A DNA stretch of 64,000 nucleotides from Isurus oxyrinchus (taxonomy: Eukaryota), in the NCBI GenBank assembly GCA_026770705.1, contig JANJGN010000039.1:4526001-4590000 (forward strand), in the 5' to 3' direction. A program made the translations under genes and the position numbers. Numbering within the stretch: the first letter of the stretch is position 1; each line of letters opens with the position of its first letter. The notes beneath the pieces were generated by a model that saw only the letters and a list, made by a program, of their open reading frames with translations, did not search any database and was not told the origin of the DNA. Shown here piece after piece: positions 12,291 through 26,256 of this stretch.

Positions 12291-13049
12291 ACAGTATTCC
12301 ACATAACAATAGTTTCTCAAAAGATCCATCACCCAGTTAAGGTAATCTGCCAGGAAACATGCAATGTCAGAAGGGTAACCTGTCTGGAAGTGCCTTAGGA
12401 GGAGTCACTAGACTCACTGCAGTGAAAGGTAAACGAAACCGTGACCAAGTGCTCCTATTGGGACGTTGAACATATCATTCTGCTCGATCAGAGAGCCATC
12501 TGCTAAAATTGGAAAGCAACATTCGAGCTCAGGATTTGCTGTCAGGCGGGTTGGACTCGATCCCTGCTCTCAGTCAGTCTAGGACCCTTTTTCACAATAA
12601 CATTGTTGGGGAATAACGACACGAAATCAGACTATTTATCACTGTTACATTCAAATACAGTCTGCCCCCATTTGAACATCAAGTGAGCTAATCCCATATC
12701 CTGGTGGCGTTTCACTGGCCTTCGATAATGACCATCACTGGCTAACCAGCTTTTAGTGACCGGGGAGGGGAGGGGGCGCTTTATTTTCGCGCTGCTGCCG
12801 TCCTCTGTGCCGCTTTCTGGTCATCCTTAATGTCCCAGTGGTGACTTTTGTGAGGATTTCTGGAGAGGGCAGCCGTGGATTATCCCTGTAAAATCAGATT
12901 TGAACGGTTTTCTCTGTCATGATGCAGGGAATGGTGACTGTCTGTCCTTTCAAATCGACTCCAGTCTCCCGATGAGGAATATCCGAGGGTGGTTGCCGTC
13001 CTTTTCTTTAAATCATTTCAAGCATTAAAAATAAATGGACCTTAATGTA

Positions 13050-13800
13050 TTCTTGTGCCGTGATCGGCTGCTAATTCATATCGATTCTTCCCTGATAAAG
13101 GAGGTACATGTTAGGGTTGAATGGAATTGGGAGCGCCCTAATGGCCAGGATATGAAAGAAATTAAAATGTGGGAGGCAGACATTCAGAAAAAGGTGGTGT
13201 CCTCCAATCCAACAAACATGAGTGACTGTGTCAACCCAGGATCTGTTCTGCAGCCTCAGCTGCCAGTTCACTAAAATGCACATAAAACCCTGATGCAGCA
13301 ACATGGAATTTTATATCAAAGATTGTTGATGACGCTCAGTGGGATGGTGATTAAATTATTGAGATGTGTGTGGAAAATTAGTAAGTTGGTTTTAAGGATT
13401 AAACGGTTTGCAAATCTTTGAGGGTATAGGCAAAATCTGAGAGAGTGGGGGCCATTCACAAACGCCATAATTAAAAAGTAGTTTATTCTAGGAATGGTCA
13501 TCAACTAAATTAAGGGTGCTGTCCGCGTGGCTAACTCAGAAAGGCAAGCGTTTTATACCTGGAAAGGAACGGTGCACAATTAAGCCAAGATTAGCATTAG
13601 GCCAGAAGGCTGAGAAAATGTAGGCACATGCAAAACAGTTCCCAAAGAAAATTCAGTTGGAGACATTAGCACATGCCTGGCTAGAAATGTGGCAACATAC
13701 ATTAAAAAAGCCTTCAAACACACATGAAACAAAAGAGGAACTAAATGTTAGTCACATCGTGGATGAGATTTGCGCATTAAGAATGGGGTCATGGAAATGG
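13050..13800 (+). mobile_element. Old CR1 LINE RT fragment
   Basis: MSDCVNPGSVLQPQL (canonical VTSGVPQGSVLGPQL) at ~13220-13262, followed by a degenerate ISKFADD-like motif (tcaaagattgttgatgac) at ~13316. Confidence 0.6.
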
Positions 13801-14175
13801 CAGCTGAATGAATTTTAAACAGTAAAAGTCCCATTCACTTAGCACCAATCTGCTGAATGTATTTTAACCAGTACACACTTATCAACACTCTGCTGAATGT
13901 ATTTTAAACAGCACTAAATCTCATTCACTTCTCAATGATCTGCTGAATGTATTTTCAGCAGCACTACATCTACTCACTTATCAACACTCTGTTGAATGTA
14001 TTTTAAACAGCTCTAAATCCCATTCACTTATCGATACTCTGCTCAATTGATTTTAACCAGCAGTAAGCCCACTCACTTATCAAACACTCTGCTGAATATA
14101 TATTACCCAGCACTAAATCCACTCAATTATCAACACCCTGTATGAATGTATTCTAACCAGCACAAAATCACATTC
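13800..14175 (+). repeat. 50-bp tandem minisatellite, ~7 copies
   Basis: Consensus cagcactaaatcccattcacttatcaacactctgctgaatgtattttaac repeated head to tail with substitutions and no unique spacers. Confidence 0.9.
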
Positions 14176-14979
14176 CTGGTCGGGGAATCTTATACATTCG
14201 TATATGTTAAAATTAGTGAATTAGTATACTATAGATTTCCTGACTATATATGTTAACGTGCCAAGTTTATGCTGATGAATTAAAGTTACTGCACAAAGAT
14301 GTTATTTTATGGGGTGAGTCAGTCCATGATCAGACAGCAGTTAAAGACTGTCGTGAAGTATCGGTTCTACATATTTTTCTGAGACTCAGCCAATCCATGA
14401 GCTCCGCCCGCTGTCTTACAGGTAGCACAGTCAAGCCGGAGCTTCACCCAGGGACTCACAAACATTACCCCAAACCACCATCTCCACAACCACTCTATTA
14501 ATTCACGCACCCCATTGTTGAAAGCCACCTCATCCAATCGGAATGATTGACCAGGTGAACCACGATTCACTGAGCCTATTTGGTATTTCGTTGACATTCG
14601 CCTGACATAATCAGAGAAATCCGCCCGGTCATCAACACCTACCTCAGCCAATCAGGGAGCATCATCTCATTCCCCAAGGATTATTGAACTGTCAGCGGCC
14701 CCTGGGCTACAAACCTGCCGATTCCTTTTGAGCATTTGCAAACCAGTTCACTCGGCCCTGTTTACAATAAACTCAAACCTCCATGAGGTTTATTAACTCT
14801 CTCCCTACCGAGCCATGTTGAACCTTTCCCTCTTCAACTGCTACGATCCTGCTAAGTAATTTATAATTCTCTTCCTTAGAGCGATAGTGGTGAAATTATT
14901 CTGCAACTGTCCAAATGCTTTCAAATTATTGTAAAATTGTTGTGTCCAGTAATGAAAACAATATCCTCCTTGAGGGCTT

Positions 14980-17600
14980 GATGTTATGTATTTTAGAAAT
15001 CCATTTAAACCATATTTTACCGAATATCTAATATTTCTCGTGATATTATTTTATGTGAAAAACGCCACTTTGAATTATTCTGTCCAGGGTGATGTGTGAC
15101 TAGGCGGGATGTGTTTCTTGTTTTACTGTTGCCTTAACGAGGGTGTAAATGGAAGCCAAATTAATTAGGCGTTTTAGGATTATTAGTGTGTTAATTTGTA
15201 GACCTATGCATTTGCTTTTAATCCTAACTGTTGTTATTAAATGTTTAATTTAGTTTACCGAAAACTTTATGGGCTTATAACCCCTCAATTTAGGGCATGC
15301 ATCTCGAAATAAATACATATTGCCAAATCGATGTGACTGCTTGAACAAGTTTTTTTTGTCTGTTTCATCCACCTAGCCCACATCATTGTCGCATCATAAA
15401 AAATGGGAAGTAATTGCTGTATATTTGAAAATATTTGAGTGGCTTGGAAAAGCTGAACATTAAGGTTGGAGGTACGAGAAGCGCTTTGAATTCAGGAGTT
15501 GGCTTGAGGTATTGTTAAAGTTGGGAGACAGCAAGATGCCCTTATCAATGGCTAAATCGTTACTGGAAATAGCATTAATAACTCCCATTTGGTTACAGCA
15601 AAAGAATCTAAGGGTAAGCAACAGGTCTGTTGGTTAAGTTGCAGTTGAGGTTAAATGTGGGAGCAAAGAAAGCAGATATAGTTGAACTGATAGCACAACA
15701 TTTTATGTTGGAAGTAAAAACTGAAACTAGTGTGCCAAAGCTGGAGGTAGTGAAACTCCAGTTGGAATTGAGGAGGCTTGAATTTCAATAAGCAAAGTAA
15801 CTGAAAAAACTTGAATTGGATGCAAAAGAAAAACAAAAGAGATTATATCAAAAAATGTTGGAAATATAAAAACTTGATCTCCAGAAGAAAACGTTAACAA
15901 TTGAGGAGAGATTCAAGGAAAGAGATAGAGAGTTCTGACTTTAATACGTTAGAGTTTTTAAAAAGAGACATATGATGTTGATGTAAGTTCTGATTTTGAA
16001 AAACGTATATCCTGCTGAGGAGCTATCTAAATTTGTTCAATCTTTTCCAAGATTGAAGAGGGAGAGACGTCCAGGCGCACTCTGTTACATTTGAGGAGAT
16101 AATAAAGAGATTAACTCACCAGAAGTAAACCTGACATTGTTGTTAAGGTATACGTTATTGAGCGGACCTCATTATAGTTACGCTTCACTGTCAGAAGAAA
16201 GCTCAATGTATTCTGAAGTGATAAGATACATATTTGAGTGCATATGAGTGGAATCTTGAGGCAGACATCAAGAAATTTAGGAGTACAAGAAAGGAGCCTG
16301 GGCAAATGTAAACTGAGTTTGGAAGAGTTAAACACAATAATTTCGATTGATACATCCAAGCATTAAATATAGAGACAACATATGGTGCTTCCGAGAAGGA
16401 GTACTTTTAGATTAACTAAAAGATTCACTTCCTTCGGTAGTGAGAGCTCATGTTGAGGGACAGAGGGTTAAAACGGTAAGACATGCCACAGAAATAGCTG
16501 ACCATTAGAAGTTATCTCCTACATCTATTCGTTTCTTTTCGTCACCCTTTTAAATAAGTGAGGCATACAAAATAGGAAAATGAAAGTACTGTGTGTAATA
16601 AGGAGAGGGAAGGAGCAGGTGCAATATCCAAGCAACAATTTATTTTTCAAAAACTAAATTGGACGGTGCTAAGGACTGAAGAGACAATCCAAATTTGAAG
16701 TGTTTTCAAAGTGATAAAGTTGGGCACAAGAAGTCAGTGTGTTGGAAATCTCAGGGAAAATGCAGGGAATTAATCAGATGCAGCAAATTTCTGGGTATAA
16801 AATTATTGTGGCTTCTGAGCTTCAGGCAGAGGAAAAAGAAATGTTTTGTTTAGCGGTAAAGAAAGGAAGAATCAATGATATGTCAAGAATGGCTTGAATG
16901 TGTTCATAACCCAAGCGTGTTCTGGGGAGCAGGTTGTGGAAATGTATAAACATTTTGTACATGATGCGGAAATCTTTCACTGTGTATAGGGCAGAGCAGG
17001 AAAATATATTAGAATTTAAAGAAATACATGGGCGACACAATCATTAATGTTGCCGGAGAGTGATATTTGTTGCTCAGAGGATGTATTGCCAGAACAGGTG
17101 ATAATAATTGGGAATCATCGAGATGCTAAGCCTAGTTCATTGTGGAAGGTACATGTTAACAGTAGGTGGAAAATAGGTGAGCTGTTTGTCTGAGGAATGG
17201 CAAATTGCCCATTACATTGATACAATTTGTTTTAGGTAATGTCATTCCTGGATCACAGATGTGGCTGATATCTATTCTAGTTGAGCATATGTAGAGTTAT
17301 TTTCAACCTATGTTTTGCAGAAAGAGCATCCTAGGTTCCTTCCCGGTTGCATTGGAACAAGATCACAAGCTCACAGGTTGAAACATGAAGAACAGGAATC
17401 TAAAGGTCAGGGAGAAGGTGCTGAAATTCAATTATCTAACAATGTATTTGATAACATTGTTTAGAAAGAAAGAATTGAAGATAATGAACCTGAGACGTAT
17501 AGATTAAGGTAGTTGGTAGAGTAACAGGAAAAAAGAGCCACACATAAAACAGTTATATTAGAGAACTTACCACGAAGCACAGACAGAGTGTATTACAGAA
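14980..17600 (+). mobile_element. Gmr1-like Gypsy LTR retrotransposon 5' half: putative LTR (~14980-15399), gag with SCAN-like capsid and CCHC knuckle, protease; truncated before integrase
   Basis: Degenerate AYE..EA.HQEI/KFR..RKEPGQM*TEF (SCAN/CA-like) at ~16240-16320, knuckle CFQSDKVGHKKSVCW at ~16701-16745, and FVLGNVIPGSQMW..HPRFLPGCIGTRSQAH at ~17226-17375. Confidence 0.8.
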
Positions 17601-17835
17601 CGCAGTGACCATAAGGGCGATATCAATGTTAACCAGAAAGAGGCTGATGTGACTCATAAAGCATTGTCGCAGCTAGCTGGCACACAGGCCTCAATGACCA
17701 GAATTAAACAGGTCATTATGATAACAGCACAATCAATAAGGAGACCAGCCGCTGCCATTGCCATCATATAGTATGTAATGCATTTGCAGAGACCATGCTT
17801 TCCTCGCAAAAGATTCACAATTGCAACGCCATTCA
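17600..17835 (-). pseudogene. GPR139-like paralogue 2, exon 2 remnant (TM1-TM3), truncated
   Basis: Acceptor ctctctcttacag|TG gives VNGVAIVNLLRGKHGLCKCITYYMMAMAAAGLL. There is an in-frame TGA at 17654, then SASFWLTL (aligns to CSVWxTV) and a degenerate DRF region. Homology stops at the Gypsy junction. Confidence 0.85.
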
Positions 17836-18299
17836 CTGTAAGAGAGAGAGACACATAACATGAGATAAACAGCAAAGATGAACATATTTTTCTTTTGTTT
17901 GCAGCAAACGGTATTCATTGCAAATTTAGTTTCTTCATGCATCTTTTAAATTGTTTAATGCAAGCATGTTTAGCATGATTTCCAATAGCAACGTGTTTTA
18001 TATATGCATCGAACCTAGTAAAAGTGCGCAGGATGGTTAAGCGTTAATTGATTATTCATCCTTAGGGAGCAGCACCCTCAATGAATTCTGAACAGCTATT
18101 GTGCACTGAAGATTCAGCGTGCTGAGGGTGAATGTGTACTGGACTGACTGAAGGTCCAAAAAAGCCTCGGCTTGTTAAATTTTAAATGAGAAAAAGGAGG
18201 TGGAAAGAGCGAATTCACGTGTGAAGGTGCAATGTGGACTGTGAAATGCGGGCACAAAATAAAGATTTAGCATAGTAGAGTTCTGTTCTGGAAGATGTA

Positions 18300-19270
18300 G
18301 TGGTGAAAAGTGTGCCGGGTATTTAATAGATTCAGTAAGTGGTGGGATGTTTCATTGTGCAACAGGAGAGACAGCTTGAAGAAAAAACGTAGCCCTGGGC
18401 AAGTCTGGGCAGTTGGGATGGTGTAGGTGGAATTGCAATAAACAGGAAATGTTATAATGGTCACTGGACTACAAAAAAGTCCCACATAGAAGAGGCTGAA
18501 TGAATGTTTACTCAGGCGCCCTCATGCTGGCGTTCAACGACAATACAAGTAAGGAAGTATGTTTATGGAGACTAGCGGTGTGAAGTAGGGGTTCATGACA
18601 GACCAGTCAGTAGTTTTAAGGCACGATGAGTAATGTGACATTGATAGGCAAGGTGAGCATTGTCGAGGAAAATTTCAGAACGTATCTTTCGCTGATTCAT
18701 TGCAGAAGGACTGAAGCAACATGTACTATGCAGGGTGGGAAGTCTGGTTTAGTCAGTGCGGATCAAGGGGCAGTTTAATCTCCAAATGGGAGAAAAGCGA
18801 TATTGTCAGGCAGACTGAATATATTGGTCGGGGAATATTTATTGGCAGTTTCAGGGCAGAGTTAGTTTTGTGCATGGCCACGTTTTTTTTCTAGGCAGGC
18901 CAGTTTTAAAGCACATTGAATAGATATGGTAAAATGCAGGGGGAATGGGAATTAGATCGATAACCAAAACATGGTGAATGAGCAATTCAGAAATATTATT
19001 CGACTGCGATTTAACTCAGAGTTTTCCAACTCAGGGCACAGGAGAGAGGTCCCTTTTTTGACCGGGTGAAGTACAAAACACTTTGTTTCTGAAAGGGCAG
19101 AAAAGAATCATTTTCATCTCAGAAGCTGCATCCTTGTGAAACGTTTAGAAATGAAAAATTGAACACTGATTCCTGCTGGACACCAAATGTAGAAAACCCA
19201 GAGAGAAATTGACGGTGATTTGCACATCGACTTGTGTTGGTAAAGTATTTGAAATAGCTAAGACATGATT
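18300..19270 (+). mobile_element. Highly decayed CR1-like LINE fragment
   Basis: Degenerate TSGV..GS motif (actagcggtgtgaagtaggggttc, ~18571) and CR1-like 3' region. No ORF remains. Confidence 0.4.
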
Positions 19271-21449
19271 GGAAAAATTAGTTTGCGATTTGTGGATTTC
19301 CTGAGGATATAGAAAAAATCCATTTCTAAAGTAATGATTTTTATTCTAATTTCATTGTATATTTGTCGGGAACAGAATATCAGTGCATTTTAGAATTGTT
19401 TGGTAGATCCATATTAAATTTTCTTTCAAAAAGCAGGAACTTTTTAGTGAATTCAATCAATGCTTTGTTATTATGTGGAAGTTTACAGTAAGAGCATTCA
19501 TATTAAAGACTGATTATATTCACTCATCAGTATAAATGAAGCGAAATTGTTCTGATCCTTGGATGATCCTGGCTGCATCATATAAGTCATGTTGCATACT
19601 TAAATAACCTCCGTTTGCATTTCGAGGGGTAGCATTACTCAGTGAATCTGAAAGGACCAATTTGATGCTGCCAGAAATGTAACTTCTTAATTCAAACGTT
19701 TATCAAATCATCTTGTGCATTTCAAAATTAATTATATAACACTAGACTAAATGCATATCCTTAAATTCCATTGTGTGTGTAGTCCTGGTTGCAATAGCCT
19801 ATCATGAATCAGGTAAGGGTTCAGAACAGCTTTCCGACTGAAATCTCCAGTGAGGCTGGAGAGGAACAGATTAGAAATGGAAAATTCACATTTTCACAAT
19901 CGAGCGTTCATTGAAGTATGAAATTCTTTTAAGGTTATAGAAAATGCTGCACACTGATGCATAGGCGTTGCAGACTGGCACTTAGGAAAACAACAATGCA
20001 ATGTGGCATTGTATGTTGATTGGATGGTGAATCAATAATTTGAATCACATTATTTAGGCAAGTTGTTGATTAACGATTTTGACGAACTTTGAAAACATTA
20101 AGGAGAATTATTCGAATAAGGATAAAGAGCGGTTTACATTTCTGGATCAGCTTGTGAGTTGATAACCGAACTCTCATTCACAGTTTTGAATAGCGATTGC
20201 AAGCATCCAATATTGATTGGCTGTGGCAGATCCCATCAGACCAATCATAAGAACCTTACAGGGTCACATAATGTGTATAAACTGAGTAGGGATTTTCCGA
20301 TGACCCTTAGGCTGCACTGGAAATGATGCATGTATTAGAAAATCAAAATCCATAAGAAACAACCAAAGTGCGACAGAAATGAAAGTCGGCCTTCATTTGC
20401 CCTTTTACTATCCAGGTGTTAGCTGAGCAAACCCACTATTTACATCCCTACAACATCGTACATTTACACTGAGATTTAATTTGTCATTTCCATACTATCA
20501 ATTCGCTTTCATGAAATATGCAAAGATGTTTAACAAAAATATCAGCACTCAAACTGTCTTGGCCATCACTGCCAACAGGGAAACTCGTTAGAAAACATTA
20601 TTTTTCACAGTTACATGTTGATGTACCCGAAGTTTGAAAAGACTAATTATATAAAATAAATCATTAAATTAACAACATATTTTCTGTTTTATTTCCGAAT
20701 TAAACGTTGAAATACCCAAAAAATGAATCGGTAAATTATCAGCTGAAAGAAATATTGAACAATGCAAACAATGATTCATTATTGTATCTATCAAATTAAG
20801 AATACAGACAATGAAAAAAAATCCAGACGCTTTCCTGCTAAATTAAAAAGAGAAATTAAAATATGTACATGCTGTGTAATTATCCATTATTTTAAGCAAC
20901 AACAATCTCTTCCTGACACCTTAATAATTTGCAGTTGGGAAAAGAAACTGAGACCAGGTACAGTGCACTTGGCTCATGATCCTCTTTGGCCCATGATCCT
21001 AGACTGATCAAACAGAGAGCGATGGGGTTTTGTCCACGAGCCGAAATCCGACATCAGCTAAACCGCAAAGTGACCATGGCAACGGGCAGGAGGCAATGAG
21101 AGATTCAAAACGGGGTCGGCTTCCAATCGGAAGTGCAATCCTTGACCTGATGGGGACGCGTTCAATGCTGTGAATAGAAAGTCGGTAGGGGTCGGGGGTC
21201 AAGGCTGTGGAGGGGGTGTTGCAAGAGGTTAAGCGCGGTTCTTTGTGGGCAACATTTTCAGCCAAGCCTTTTGTGTACAAACTTGGATATTCAAGAGTGA
21301 CTTGAAGATGTATGTTCTCAGTTCGCGACCAGGGTACTGGATGCTACTGAAAATAACTTAAGCATGTGAGATTCGTCTCGATCTATTCGGAACAAAGGAG
21401 TCAGCTCTGGTCATCATTTCAATGCAGAAGGACGCATTATTCATAGATT

Positions 21450-24000
21450 CAGCATGATGTGGCACTTCCTCTGCTTGCGGTATATTGACAAGATCAGTCT
21501 TTATTCCGTTTTCTCTATTTCTTCTTGAAGGGAATGGTTTTATAGTGTTGCAGCTGAAGTGAGGCAAATCGACACACAGTGCTCGAAGAATGAGTTCCAG
21601 GTTTTTGATGCAATGTCACTCAATTAACGGTGAATTATTCCTAGTCATTTTGGTTTGTGACTTGGAAAGGAATGTGAAGTTTATATTGTCCCTATGTTCT
21701 TGCCCTTCCAGGTGTTCGAGGTCAAGTGTTCGAGGATACTGGAGAAGGATATTTGCCGACAAACGTAATATGTCTGGAGTGGCAGCACTGCTAGATAATA
21801 ACGAGGTTTCAACCTGAAGAAGCTGCTTGGCAAGTCTACTTGCTTGCCAAAAACAGCGGAAGCAGCGCACAACAGAAAGTGCTAATTGGTCCCACAAACA
21901 AATAAGCAAATATCAGCCGTGATTTCCAGTCACATGCTGTCTTAAATGTTGTTGCATATTTCAAAAAACTCAATTGCAGAGGACACTCCACCCATATCCT
22001 CATCGGCAATGATTGTGGAGCTCAGCACATCAGTGCTAAAAAATGGCTAAAGAATTTGCAGCCACATTCAGGATGAAGTGAGGAGTAGATGGGTCATTCC
22101 GGCCTCATCCTGAAGATGGCATCATCACAGGGGCCAGTCTTCAGCCTATGTGATTTACATAGCATGATATGAAGAAACAACTCAAGGGGCTGGATGATGC
22201 AGAGGATATGGGTCCTGTCAGATTTCACCAATTGGATTAGAGATCAGTGTCCCTGAAAAATCCTTCCTAGCCACGTTGTAATAGTATAGCTAAAATACCG
22301 GCCTTTACATGAAAAGACATAAGCTGTTGACGCTCATTATGTGTTTTGTCTGAGCTGCAGCTCTTCGATCAGATTTGATACAGACATGGACATTGGTGCT
22401 GAACTCATGATGTGATGCGAGAGCGACTGTGCTTCATATCAATACAACATTTGTCATTTTATGGTAGCAGGGATCAGAAGCGAAATTTGAGTCAATACAT
22501 GTAAGGGGGTGGGGGGAGTTTCTATTGATTGGAGTCATGCCGAGCACAAAGGATTTTTATTTTTGCAAGTCACCCACCTCAGCCTCTTGATATGACTGCA
22601 GGAGATGCTGAGGTCATAGTCCGGGCGCAACCACGTTAATCCACTTCATCAATGAATCTCTCTCCATCATGTACTCAGAAAGGGTTTGGGTTTGGGAAGC
22701 GGGGGGTGGAGATAGATCCACTCATATTTGCGAAAACTTAAGCAAAAGTTGCGACTCAACAGATGCTGAAGAAATCTTTGCCTATGTGTAACTAACAGGA
22801 CCTGGGCAACACCCAGGCCTCTGCTGAAAACCGACAAGTTATATTCACCACACACCGGCGACAGTCAATGATCATCGACAGTAAATAATTATCCAACGAA
22901 CACCCTTGTCATTTAGACCGTCTCTCTTCTACAACACGCAAATCAAGAGTGTGATTGGAAAATCCTACACTTGTCTGGTTGAGTTATGTTCCAATAACAT
23001 TCAAGAATATTGAATTAATCTAGGACAAAGGACCCTGCTTGATTGACAGCAGTTCCGCTACCTTAATGATTCAAGCCGTTTATCTACTGTAGATTAATAG
23101 TTCTTATTGCGTTCAAAGCTCATCTCCATCATAACCCACCCTCTCAGTTAAATAACCCTATCTAAAAACTTAATTCTCAATCCCATTTCGAGCCATCGAT
23201 CATTTTTTGTTCCTTTCTTAAATTCCATTGTTGCAAAACTTTTATGTTCAATGTGACGCATCTGAAACAGCCTTAAAAGTAATTGGAATTTCAATGAAAT
23301 CTCATGGGATCAGGTATTACTTGGGCAAGGAAAGTCCACTGCTGATTAAGCCCTATCGTTCGCCTCAGATGATGAATGAGTGATCATCAATGGAGGAAGA
23401 TTTTGTGATGGCAATAAAAACTATGCTCCACGTAGGGGGCTTCTGTGTCTATGATCAAGAAAGAATCTCTAGCACTACTAATGGCCGAGCTGGCCGCGTG
23501 ATAAAGAAAACTGCAAGACTGGGTCTTTTGCATGTGGTCAGGAAATTAACAAGATGGAAAAACAAAACTGAACTCACCCCAATAACATACGCACGTGGAT
23601 ATGCTCATGGCAGTATTGATAGTATTGACCCTCACACAGTCCCTGAGCACACAAAATCCGCCTTCACTTGGGGATTCCCTCCAACGCGTTGTGTGGCAGA
23701 AACATTCTGCTAAATGAGGTAAATGTCAACGTGTTCAACAACTCAAAATTGGGCATTCACCAGGCGCTCTGAACAATCAGCTGCAGCAGAGTTGTGCACA
23801 AACCTGAATATGTATTCACAAGCCTGACAGATCCTCAACACTGTAGTTATCGGTGGAACATTTATGGTGATGGTTGTGATACCGATCAACCAGCCAACTT
23901 CATTCTTCTTGTGTTGAGTTTTTGAGTTGTTGTTGTCACTGAAATAATCCCGGCCATCTCAGTTTGTTAACCATTCTCCTAATACACACGTAGTTGATGG
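21450..24000. mobile_element. Scrambled fragments of the CR1/L2-group LINE family also at 57.2-60.9 kb
   Basis: On +: RT-region fragment at ~21975-23070 (gctcagcacatcagtgc...aggatatgggtcctg) and endonuclease remnant ORF 23390-23713 (LHVGGFCVYDQERISSTTNGRAGRVIKKTARLGLLHVVR). On -: 3'-end fragments at ~21450-21900 and ~23830-24000. Confidence 0.65.
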
Positions 24001-24249
24001 TGTCCTGAATCTGAATCTTAATAGATGAGATACTCTCATTGTATTTTCTAACGTTTCACCTTCTTTTCGAGGCCAACTTTTACATGGCAGCTACGGTTAA
24101 GTTTCCTGTCACCCAAGGTGCCCAACAGCCTGATTGTGGGGGATTGAGAAATTACAAGGCCATTGGAAAGCAATTGGAGATTTCCAACTTCGTTATGGAT
24201 TTTGATTCACCCACTGACGTGCTGAAAATGTTACTTTCTGACCGGTTTC

Positions 24250-25040
24250 TTCTTGAAGGCAAAAGCTGATTCAGGCTATGAGGGCGTGTGAATGTTAGTT
24301 GTACAACCGTGAACGAGAAGCCCCAATACTTCCTCAAATTACGATTGAGTTTCACTGGTGAAGCAATTGAGTATTTGAGAGCAAACAGAGTGACTGATGG
24401 GCCTCATCTCAAGGGGTGTATCATAAATACTGCCGGTCTTCTTTCCAAAATAAGAAAAAAGTAAAATTGTCATGGTCTGTATTTGGAGACGATGGGGGTT
24501 GATTGTAAGGATAAAACGTGAGGGAGTGCGAAATGGAGAGTTCACCAGACTTACACCTTATATAATTGGGAATTAGCTGGGATTGGCCTATGTGGAGACA
24601 TTGGCGAGACTGAGCCCAAGCTCTTTGGACCTTTGGTAAATAAGGAGTGATCTCAAAGAAGCACAAACCTTCCTTAGAGCTTCAATGGTGTAGAGGTAGG
24701 TTGGATGCTTCCCATGTCGGGGGTGACTGAAAGCCGGAGACACAATTTCAGAACAAAAATATGATATTTAGGACTGAGGTGAGGAGAAATGTATTCACTC
24801 AGAGGGTGATGAATGTTCAAAATTATTTCCTTTCAGCCGCGGTGGTGGTTCAACCATTGCGTATGTTGAAGGCACAAATGAACCAATCTGTAAACATTAA
24901 ATGCAACATAACTATGAGATATTGCAAGAAAATGGCTTGAGACATGATTTCAGCCATGAGATACTTCAATAGTGGATCAAGCCCGAGCGTCCGAATGGCC
25001 AACTTCTACTCCCATTTCTTAGGTTCCTATGTTCATTTGT
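24250..25040 (+). mobile_element. CR1 LINE 3' fragment with terminal tail
   Basis: ttaggactgaggtgaggagaaatgtattcactcagagggtgatgaat...gaatggccaacttctactcccatttcttaggttcctatgtt, the typical CR1 3' end. Confidence 0.75.
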
Positions 25041-25439
25041 AAGCACCTGCATATGATTGCAATGTGGGCTTTCCAAAGGGACAGGAAAGTCCGAAAATTC
25101 ATAATATCGATCCACTTCAATTCTCAATGTAAATCACTTATATTTGGTAGTGTGGTTTACTGCAGCAGGAAGTGGTTGGTGAGAAGTTAAATTGAGCACA
25201 AAAATGAGAATGAGATATGTGCTCAGGTTGCATTGGTGTTTCAAAATTGTTCCACCTACGACTCCGTACCAATCCCCATGATGAGATAGATGTTACCGAT
25301 TTATCTCTGGCGTCAGCACTTGAGAACAAAATTCTCAGCTAATGCTCCATTGCCGTAGTGAGGTAGTTATGTATTGTCTGAAGTAGCAACTTTCAGAACG
25401 TATATAAAATGGATTCACGGGTTAACCGTAAGTAAAAAA

Positions 25440-25680
25440 AGAAGCATGCCACCATTTTGAACAACAAGCTGTTCATAACCTTTTGTGCCCTGACTGATAG
25501 AAATACCTCTGCTAAAACTCACAAACAAAGATCATCGGGTCATTTTCAACGTGCTGCGTGTGGAAGCTTCCAGAGCACAATCTGACTGTCGCACATCTGC
25601 TTTACTCCAGTGTCTATACTTCATGTCAATGCATTAAGGTGGTCGATAAAAGATGCTACAGAAATGAATATCTTTCAATA
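25440..25680 (+). mobile_element. Decayed SINE (DeuSINE/SacSINE1-like 3' part)
   Basis: aaacaaagatcatcgggtcattttcaacgtgctgcgtgtggaagctt...gaaatgaatatcttt resembles a Deu-domain SINE body and tail, judged from memory. Confidence 0.35.
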
Positions 25681-26186
25681 TATACAAACAAGGAAGATAG
25701 TCGATTGTCCTCAGCACGCAGAGCTTTATCTTTCAGCCCAGCTCTCCTTCCTGCATACTGAGCTGTAAAAAATATTGCTGCCTCAAAAAGTAAGGGATTT
25801 GTCAGGGATTCCGTGCTGGCAATATTGCAAAACCGTTGGAAACCATTAGCCAACACTTTCAATTATTTCAAGGTGAATCTTGCATTGATTTGCACAGATT
25901 GTGGTATCGACAACGTCAAGCTCGGTTTGCACTTGGTTATAACATTTATTGCAGCGTCCACCCAGTTACAAAACATTCCCTATAGAATAAATAAAATGTC
26001 ATCACTGGAAACTCCCGTATGAGAGATGCAGCAAAAATAAGAAATCAGGTGACGTTCAGGTTAAATTGGCATCTCAGCTTTGATTACTCTCCAACAGTAA
26101 AGAAACAATTTCAGGTTATCAGAAACGTCGTTTGAGAACAAAGTCAACATCCATTTATACATCCAATGATGTGTTTATGCTCTCAC

Positions 26187-26256
26187 CAGGTACGCCAATA
26201 GCCGCGAGAATACAATAGTAAATGTCGTCAATCTGGTGAAGTCTCAGTTTTGCCAT
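26187..26256 (-). pseudogene. GPR139-like paralogue 2, exon 1 (reading frame intact)
   Basis: Minus strand AAG-ATG-G.. encodes MAKLRLHQIDDIYYCILAAIGVP then G|GTGAG donor (phase 1). It is in frame with the acceptor at 17835, giving an 8.35-kb intron. Too short to appear in the ORF track. Confidence 0.85.

Noticed and set aside
13800-14175. Possible CRISPR-like repeat-spacer array (also considered for 32440-33045 and 44470-45540)
   Set aside because: Units are contiguous tandem copies with no unique spacers, there are no cas genes, and the context is eukaryotic.
23390-23713. 107-aa ORF as a novel small protein
   Set aside because: Aligns by eye to the LINE endonuclease motif seen at 60064-60291(-).
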